Of a DNA stretch of 64,000 nucleotides, positions 58,092 through 64,000 are shown piece after piece. Every line of letters starts with the position of its first letter. Within the stretch, counting starts at the first letter, position 1. The stretch lies in IMG/VR virus record IMGVR_UViG_3300028364_000013; one strand, given 5' to 3'. The DNA is from a virus. Taxonomy: Duplodnaviria; Caudoviricetes. The position numbers were made by a program, and so were the translations under genes. Under the pieces are notes generated by a model that ran no database searches, had not been told where the DNA came from, and worked only from the letters and a program-made list of their open reading frames with translations.

Positions 58092-58599
58092 TATTTTTGT
58101 TTAATGCGTATTTTTCTCTAAATTTCCAAACCGTCTCCTGCGCTCTATACAAAGCAACGCTTAATTCAGTCATTTCCTCAATGGTTTCAACCATATAAGC
58201 ATTTGGAAGGTCTAATTGTTTGAAATGTGCCAAAACAAGAGCTCTTGCTCTAATAGATTCCTTTGCAGCAACTTCATTGTCCATTAACTCTGGAGAAAGT
58301 TCTTTTTCAATCAAAAAGATAAAGTCTCTTGAACTATTGAACTTCATTGCTTGAGCAATTGAGAATCCAGTCTCAGCTAAACTACCAGTACCATAAGTTT
58401 CTCCTAACACTGGAAAAAGTACTATCTGGTCTGTAGCAAGATGCTCTGCTTCAATATCAGCAAGCTCTGGCTTCCAATCATCAACTTGAGGATTGAAAAA
58501 CTCAATATTTTCTTTTTCATATGCAGGAATTAACACCTCCTTTCTAAATGTAGAATTCCCACATGTACCAAACATTCCTATTACTAGCTTCTTTTTCAT
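58075..58599 (-). CDS. nucleoside 2-deoxyribosyltransferase-like protein
   Basis: FGTCGNSTFR, FFNPQVDDW, GSLAETG. Confidence 0.62.
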   Translation of the reverse strand: MKKKLVIGMFGTCGNSTFRKEVLIPAYEKENIEFFNPQVDDWKPELADIEAEHLATDQIVLFPVLGETYGTGSLAETGFSIAQAMKFNSSRDFIFLIEKELSPELMDNEVAAKESIRARALVLAHFKQLDLPNAYMVETIEEMTELSVALYRAQETVWKFREKYALNKNNERSL

Positions 58600-58602
58600 A
58601 TC

Positions 58603-60000
58603 TTATAATTTACCTGGTGTTCTTGGGAAAAGAGTCACATCTTTTATGTTCTTCATACCCGTTGCAAATTGAACCAATCTTTCAAACCCTAATCCGAAAC
58701 CAGAGTGAGGTGCTGAGCCAAATCGTCTTGTATCAAGATACCAACTCATTTCTTCATGAGATATTCCAAATGCAGTCATTTTATCTTCAAGCACACCAAG
58801 TCTTTCTTCTCTCTGACTTCCGCCAACTATTTCTCCAATTCCAGGAAAAAGAATATCCATTGCAGCAACAGTTTTTCCATCTTCGTTATCACGCATATAG
58901 AATGCTTTGATTTCTTTTGGATAATCTGTAACAATTACTGGAACCCCTTTGAAGTGTTTCTCAACAAGATACCTTTCATGCTCTGACTGGAAATCCATTC
59001 CCCAATCTTCTACTGGGAATTCAAATTTACCTTTCTTTGCTGGCTTTGAGTTCTTAAGAATATCAAAAGCTTCAGTATATGTAACTCTTTCAAACTTGGT
59101 AATAGCTACATCTTCGAGCTTATCTCTAAGAGGAATACTTCTATCCTCTTTTTTCATGTTCTTTTCCTCTTCTTGAATATACTCATCAAGATAATCAATT
59201 TCAGCAGAACACTTCTGCAAAACATATCCTATAACATTTCTAAGATATGCTTCAGCAAGCATTGCTGTATAGTCAAGGTCGGCAAATGAAATCTCTGGCT
59301 CAATCATCCAGAACTCAGCAAGATGTCTTGATGTCTGACTTTTCTCTGCCCTAAATGTTGGACCGAATGTATAAACTCTACCAAGCCCAAGAGCTGCAGT
59401 TTCAGCTTCAAGTTGTCCAGACACAGTTAGACCCGCATCCTTTCCAAAAAACTCAATAGCCTCATCTACTCTAAACATTTCTCCAGCTCCTTCACAATCA
59501 CTTCCGCTTATAATAGGTGTATCAACCTGAATGAAACCTCCTCTATCGAAAAACTCGTGAGTCGCCATCTTAAGTTGGTGTCTTATTCTGAATATTGCTT
59601 GAAATAACTTTGTTCTTGTTCTTAGATGTGGATGAGCTCTAAAAAACTCCATCGAGTGTCTTTTTGGTTGCATTGGATAATCTTCTCCAGCTGCCCCTAT
59701 CAACTCTACAAATGCAGCATCAAAATCAACAGCTTGTTCTGAACCTTTTGATTCAACAGCTGCTCCAACAACTCTAATTGACGCTCCAGATGAAAATCTA
59801 GTTAAGTCAATTCCAAGTTCAGCACTAACAACCACTTGTAGGTTTTCAAACGTAGAGCCATCATAAAATACAATAAAAGAAACATTCTTGCTACCTCTTA
59901 TCGTTCTTATCCATCCAAATAATTCTACTTCTTCTCCAAATTTAATTAGAGGCATCTGCTCTGATGCTGTCAATATTGAAAATACACTTGCTCGTTTCAT
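58603..60000 (-). CDS. asnS: asparaginyl-tRNA synthetase
   Basis: GWIRTIR, LTVSGQLEAE, FGPTFRAE...RHLAEFWMIEPE, IVGGSQRE, GFGLGFERL; start trimmed to MKRAS. Confidence 0.92.
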   Translation of the reverse strand: MKRASVFSILTASEQMPLIKFGEEVELFGWIRTIRGSKNVSFIVFYDGSTFENLQVVVSAELGIDLTRFSSGASIRVVGAAVESKGSEQAVDFDAAFVELIGAAGEDYPMQPKRHSMEFFRAHPHLRTRTKLFQAIFRIRHQLKMATHEFFDRGGFIQVDTPIISGSDCEGAGEMFRVDEAIEFFGKDAGLTVSGQLEAETAALGLGRVYTFGPTFRAEKSQTSRHLAEFWMIEPEISFADLDYTAMLAEAYLRNVIGYVLQKCSAEIDYLDEYIQEEEKNMKKEDRSIPLRDKLEDVAITKFERVTYTEAFDILKNSKPAKKGKFEFPVEDWGMDFQSEHERYLVEKHFKGVPVIVTDYPKEIKAFYMRDNEDGKTVAAMDILFPGIGEIVGGSQREERLGVLEDKMTAFGISHEEMSWYLDTRRFGSAPHSGFGLGFERLVQFATGMKNIKDVTLFPRTPGKL

Positions 60001-60029
60001 AATTTTTTTTATATTCTGTCCACAATACA

Positions 60030-60055
60030 TTATACGCAAAATATGAGCAAATGTT
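60030..60055 (-). promoter_or_regulatory. AACAT-N14-CGTATAA motif
   Basis: exact match upstream of asnS. Confidence 0.7.
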
Positions 60056-60246
60056 TACTTGTTAGCCTTTTTTATTTTCTCAATGAAAATTTTATTAATT
60101 TTTGATGGCGACTTTCCACCTGGATAATCTTCCATAAAGTGATGATTTCTAACAAAGTGTTCAGCACCCCAAGGATAAGTATCAACTACTCCTATGTACC
60201 TTCCTTGTTCGTACCATTGCCCTTTTGTGTAAATGTCATTTTCCAT
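60055..60246 (-). CDS. hypothetical protein
   Basis: 63 aa coupled ORF. Confidence 0.5.
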   Translation of the reverse strand: MENDIYTKGQWYEQGRYIGVVDTYPWGAEHFVRNHHFMEDYPGGKSPSKINKIFIEKIKKANK

Positions 60247-61216
60247 CTCTTGATTCTTTGTTGAGTTTATATAAATCTTCCGCTAAGGTATGAATTTTTT
60301 CTGACCAAGTAATCTTTTCTCTCCAAGGAATTGCATTTAATCCATAATATGCTCCTGCAATCTGTCCATAGACAGCTCCAGTTGTATCTGTGTCATCTCC
60401 AAGAGAAACAACTTTTTTAAGACCTTCTTTGTATGAATCAGTATTCAAAAAAGCCCAAAGAGCAGCTTCCAATGTGAGCACACAATATCCATCACCACTA
60501 ATTTTGTCTGATAAATAACCAGAATACTTCATCTCCTTGATGTCTTCTATTTTTCCATTATTATGACAACCATACTTGGAATACATCTCTTGATAATAAT
60601 TCTTTCCATTTTCATCGAAAAGATATTCAAATTTCAAAATTCTCGTCTTATCTCTTTCTCCAGAAAGTATTTTGTCAATAATTGCCCCCATAAGCATGGT
60701 GCATTCTATTGATTGACTCGATGGGTGTGTCATTCTTGATTGCTCAGCGCATGATGCCAGGACCGAATTTACATTACCATGAAGAATCATTGGAATGGCT
60801 CCCATTCTCATAAGAACCCCATTTCCTGCAGCTTGAGTGTCTTTTACATATTCTCTACCTTGAGTCATGTTAAACCACCCAAGAGCTTTCCTTGTTGCTC
60901 CTCCAATGTCGAAGCACTCTCCAGTAACAGAATTATACCCTTGTTGCCACCAGTTGATGTATTTCTTCATCTGGTCACGAGGGTCCCAACCTTTCTCAAC
61001 TAATGATTCTGCAAGACAAAGAGCCATTGACGTGTCATCAGTCCAATCTCCTGGTTGAAGCTTAAACGGTCCGCCTCCAACAATTTCATCTGGCAGCTCG
61101 TTTTCATCTGGCATTTGATTTCTACCTCTAAATTCGTATGTGGTTCCATAGGCATCGCCTACAGCAAGACCAACCAAGCAGCCCATTACCATATCTTTCT
61201 TTCTATCTTCTGTCAT
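60236..61216 (-). CDS. ADP-ribosylglycohydrolase (DraG/ARH family)
   Basis: GLAVGDAYG, WTDDTSM, GNGVLMR, GDDTDTTGAVYG. Confidence 0.92.
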   Translation of the reverse strand: MTEDRKKDMVMGCLVGLAVGDAYGTTYEFRGRNQMPDENELPDEIVGGGPFKLQPGDWTDDTSMALCLAESLVEKGWDPRDQMKKYINWWQQGYNSVTGECFDIGGATRKALGWFNMTQGREYVKDTQAAGNGVLMRMGAIPMILHGNVNSVLASCAEQSRMTHPSSQSIECTMLMGAIIDKILSGERDKTRILKFEYLFDENGKNYYQEMYSKYGCHNNGKIEDIKEMKYSGYLSDKISGDGYCVLTLEAALWAFLNTDSYKEGLKKVVSLGDDTDTTGAVYGQIAGAYYGLNAIPWREKITWSEKIHTLAEDLYKLNKESRDGK

Positions 61217-61222
61217 ATTGTT

Positions 61223-61429
61223 TTATTTTGATAGCTTGCAGTCTTCTAAATCCTTCACCTCTCCATAATAAGTTTTTCTGTATTCATGTAAAGTTTTTAT
61301 TGGAAATAAACCGAAAAAAAACACCTTAATTCTTACTACTGGGACTTTTAATCTTCCCATTTTTTTATGGTATCTATTTTCGTATTTAGTTTTTCTTTTT
61401 ATTTTTAAAAACATATTTTTATTTTTCAA
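61223..61429 (-). CDS. hypothetical basic protein
   Basis: 68 aa ORF. Confidence 0.5.
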   Translation of the reverse strand: MKNKNMFLKIKRKTKYENRYHKKMGRLKVPVVRIKVFFFGLFPIKTLHEYRKTYYGEVKDLEDCKLSK

Positions 61430-61742
61430 GCGCTTTATGAGCTGACTCTAAATTATCAATTTTAACCCAAGATGTAGCAACAAAACAATTCACACACCTA
61501 TGGTCTCTGAAGAGTCTACCCCAAGTATACTCCATATTACCACCTCTTGCTTTTCGAGCATCAAGGTCAACAAAAGAATATGTTTTATTGTCTTTATTTA
61601 GTTGAAGCCGCTCTCCATCATCAACTCTATCTATGATAAATGGAACATATCCCATATTAAATTCAGCAACATCCACTACTTCGTCATCTTCAAAATCTTG
61701 AAGGAACTTATCAAAAAAATCTTTATTACGCTTCGGGGTCAT
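61419..61742 (-). CDS. hypothetical protein
   Basis: 107 aa coupled ORF. Confidence 0.55.
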   Translation of the reverse strand: MTPKRNKDFFDKFLQDFEDDEVVDVAEFNMGYVPFIIDRVDDGERLQLNKDNKTYSFVDLDARKARGGNMEYTWGRLFRDHRCVNCFVATSWVKIDNLESAHKALEK

Positions 61743-62055
61743 ATAATGTATATTTAGCAGTTAATTCTTCTCCAGCCTCAATGCCTCTTAGGGTCTCAAA
61801 GAAGATATATTTTTCTTCGTGGATTACAACGCAATTTGGGCCCTTAGAGTTGTGGTTGAAAAATCCTCCAATTGGAAGCCTTATTAGACCGTCTTCAAAA
61901 ATAGGGTCATCTGTCACAACATGCGTCATCCACCTTGTTCCCTTTAAAATTGCTATGTTTGCAAACAAGCCCAACTCGCTCCTGCCAGTTATGTCACTTA
62001 AATATTTGCTTTCTCTAATTCCAACTTCTGGAGGTAATGGTCTGTAATGGCTCAT
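61726..62055 (-). CDS. SET domain protein (lysine methyltransferase-like)
   Basis: GLFA..I.KG, FFNHNSKGPNC, IEAGEELTAKY. Confidence 0.8.
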   Translation of the reverse strand: MSHYRPLPPEVGIRESKYLSDITGRSELGLFANIAILKGTRWMTHVVTDDPIFEDGLIRLPIGGFFNHNSKGPNCVVIHEEKYIFFETLRGIEAGEELTAKYTLYDPEA

Positions 62056-62058
62056 AAT

Positions 62059-62388
62059 TTATTTTCTAATTCCTAAGCGCAAATTTAATACATATTCATG
62101 AGAACTCAAAATTCTTGACTCACAAACTTTATTTGAAATAAGAGTTGTTTGTCCTTGGAATCTGGAAGCTATGAATTTTCTTTGCTCTTCAAGCATTGTG
62201 TTAACTTCCTCAACTGTGTAAGAAGTTCTGTTCATAAATAACATAACCTCTGCTCTTTCGTTCTCTGTTAGAGAGCCCCAGGACTTCGGATTGCATACTT
62301 TCTCCCATTCTAAATTCATAATTTTTGTTTTAACTCTTTTCAAAAACTCTATTGCATTCTTCTCTTTTAATTGAGAACACAAAATCAC
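62059..62388 (-). CDS. hypothetical protein
   Basis: 109 aa ORF, start uncertain. Confidence 0.5.
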   Translation of the reverse strand: MILCSQLKEKNAIEFLKRVKTKIMNLEWEKVCNPKSWGSLTENERAEVMLFMNRTSYTVEEVNTMLEEQRKFIASRFQGQTTLISNKVCESRILSSHEYVLNLRLGIRK

Positions 62389-62551
62389 TATTCAAATCTT
62401 TGCAAAATAATACTTCACCAAAATCGTTCTTAATTTCCACGTTCCACTTGCTTATTATATCAAAACCAATATAGTCTTCTCCAGTATTTGGAAATGTTAT
62501 TATTACTTTATCTTCCAATGTTTTTGTTCTTGGTATTCCACATTTATCCAA
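62330..62551 (-). CDS. hypothetical protein
   Basis: 73 aa ORF in the operon. Confidence 0.45.
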   Translation of the reverse strand: MDKCGIPRTKTLEDKVIITFPNTGEDYIGFDIISKWNVEIKNDFGEVLFCKDLNSDFVFSIKREECNRVFEKS

Positions 62552-62730
62552 CCACCTTCTCCAGTTTTACTGCTAAACCAATCATTAGCTCTCTTTCTAC
62601 ATAAAAAACTACTCATAGACCTCTTACCTGTCACAGTATCTCCACTACCATCATCTTTTTCCTCTTCACCAACTCCAACATATTTATCTATATAAATCTG
62701 GTATCTCTCTTCTGTAGTCAACTCAATCAT
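62503..62730 (-). CDS. hypothetical protein
   Basis: 75 aa coupled ORF. Confidence 0.5.
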   Translation of the reverse strand: MIELTTEERYQIYIDKYVGVGEEEKDDGSGDTVTGKRSMSSFLCRKRANDWFSSKTGEGGWINVEYQEQKHWKIK

Positions 62731-63146
62731 ATTTCTCTTTTATTAATTTCGTGCTGAATTCTGCTTGCTTCTTCATACTCCTCTTTTTCAATTGCGCTAT
62801 CAAGGTCGCATACAAGAGCAGTGTCAGACATGCTATCATATTTGCTTCTCGGCATTGCGTTAACTATGGTTATTGGGTCTATGTAGTGAGCCCATCCATT
62901 TTCAAATTTGTGAAGCGGAAGACTGACTGGTTTTCCTTTCTCCAACAGATAAGTAAATGAATCAGTCGGCTCAAAATAAGCACAACCGTTTGCTATTCCA
63001 ATGAATATCATTTTCTCACCAACATAGGCACCATCGTAATCAAGGCCGCCCATAAACATGACTTGGTTAATCTTAACCACTGGTTCAATCCTGGTAACTA
63101 TATCACCAGGCTTGAAATCATAAATTGATTTTGGTTCTTGTTTCAT
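62727..63146 (-). CDS. hypothetical protein with C-terminal UVR motif
   Basis: LDSAIEKEEYEEASRIQHEIN. Confidence 0.6.
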   Translation of the reverse strand: MKQEPKSIYDFKPGDIVTRIEPVVKINQVMFMGGLDYDGAYVGEKMIFIGIANGCAYFEPTDSFTYLLEKGKPVSLPLHKFENGWAHYIDPITIVNAMPRSKYDSMSDTALVCDLDSAIEKEEYEEASRIQHEINKREI

Positions 63147-63210
63147 AAAATATCTTTTTATAAATATAGAAATTCAATGGCACTAAATCAAAATTATTTC
63201 AATTTGTTAT

Positions 63211-63879
63211 TTATTTTTCATATGACTTGAGCCATTTTCTAATAGCATTATCAGACACGCCATACTTTCTGCCAGTGGCAGAATACCCTAATTCGTCTAT
63301 TTCCTGTTTAAGTTGTGCAAACGGAGGTCGTTTAACTATTCTTTTTTTAAAATCAGATTTTTCCCTAATACTTGGGTCTTTTTTTTGTTTTGGTTTTGCA
63401 TTATGTTTACCGCAGTGAGTTGGAAGTGTTGCATTACAATTTGCGCAAACAATTCTGAGATTTTCAAGTCGATTATCATTATAGACCCCATTGATATGGT
63501 CGATAATTAAACTCATCTTCTTTCCCATCCAAATCTCGCCCTGGCCACAACCTGACATCTCGCATTTTTTTTCCTTTAAGCCCTCTTCATATAATCTCTT
63601 TTTTAAATGAGTCCTTCCATATGTTGAATCTTCGATAAGTATTTCTGAAAGAGGTTTCTTTCTTCTTAAAGCATTAGCGCCTAATGACCTTTTATATATT
63701 TCATCTCTTGTCTCAAAATGAGATGTATCAATACAGTGCATTTTTACATATTTGTGAAATACTTTATAGTTTCCACCTGCAGCTCTTAAATCTAAGTTTT
63801 TTAGCGCCCCTTTTATTGACCTTGCACTCTTTATTGCTTTCTCAAAATTTTCTTTTGAGTATCTTTCTTGTCTATTCAT
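63211..63879 (-). mobile_element. HNH endonuclease with C-terminal HTH, downstream of the tRNA
   Basis: IIDHINGVYNDNRLENLRIVCANCN; ATGRKYGVSDNAIRKW. Confidence 0.85.
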
Positions 63880-63900
63880 ATTTATAAATAGACAATAAAA

Positions 63901-63940
63901 AAGGAAACACTATTGTTCGAACCTAATAACGTGTTTCCTT
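63901..63940. terminator. hairpin between the tRNA and the HNH gene
   Basis: AAGGAAACAC / GTGTTTCCTT inverted repeat. Confidence 0.55.
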
Positions 63941-63944
63941 CTTG

Positions 63945-64000
63945 CTGCTCAGGAAGGCTTCGAACCTCCAAAAACTCCACATTCAAAGTGTGGCGACTTT
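63945..64000 (-). tRNA. trnQ: tRNA-Gln(UUG), 5' part cut by window edge, CCA not encoded
   Basis: anticodon arm CCACA-CTTTGAA-TGTGG, T arm GGAGG-TTCGAAG-CCTTC, acceptor 3' strand CTGAGCA-G. Confidence 0.85.

Noticed and set aside
17757-60039. Long N-terminal extensions given by the ORF track (coaD 18278, 33706, 38474, asnS 60039, 16662)
   Set aside because: They overlap neighbouring genes or promoter motifs; downstream ATGs fit family N-termini and spacing better.
3990-63887. Many 60-165 aa ORFs in the track antisense to or nested in identified genes (e.g. 3990-4253, 10720-11151, 33128-33532, 43548-44045, 45375-45689)
   Set aside because: They are shadow frames of well-supported genes, with no motifs or expression signals.
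1-64000. CRISPR array
   Set aside because: No regularly spaced direct repeats. The repeats found are dispersed promoters, terminators or coding repeats.

Overview
The window reads as a gene-dense, AT-rich segment of a jumbo/huge phage, most likely infecting Bacteroidota. Support: Bacteroidota-type TAnnTTTG/TTTG promoters, a T9SS C-terminal sorting domain, a Bacteroidota-style TPR-SpoIIE sensor, many short orphan ORFs and about 10 free-standing endonuclease genes. No capsid or terminase gene is in view, so the phage call is an inference. Standard genetic code: TAA, TAG and TGA all end genes. Almost all functional genes lie on the minus strand. They form a translation-support, RNA-repair and counter-defence region: Thg1, ArgRS, GluRS, AsnRS, YqeY, Pth2, Hen1 + Pnkp, Tpt1/KptA, a Pol-beta nucleotidyltransferase, a 2H phosphoesterase, NADAR, ADP-ribosylglycohydrolase, CYTH, MazG-like enzymes, ClpP, DnaJ, CoaD, a nicotinamidase-vWA-PP2C-kinase (TerY-P-like) module, restriction-like genes, a SET protein and a partial tRNA-Gln. 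Nine endonuclease ORFs sit antisense on the plus strand, three of them behind small ribbon-helix-helix genes. The strongest observation is a Pnkp gene split inside its phosphoesterase active site by an antisense LAGLIDADG insertion, with the C-terminal half carrying its own promoter and start codon. Three promoter classes can be read by eye: host-type, AACAT-N14-CGTATAA (13 exact copies) and TATTTAT(A). All family calls come from motif recognition, not database searches.
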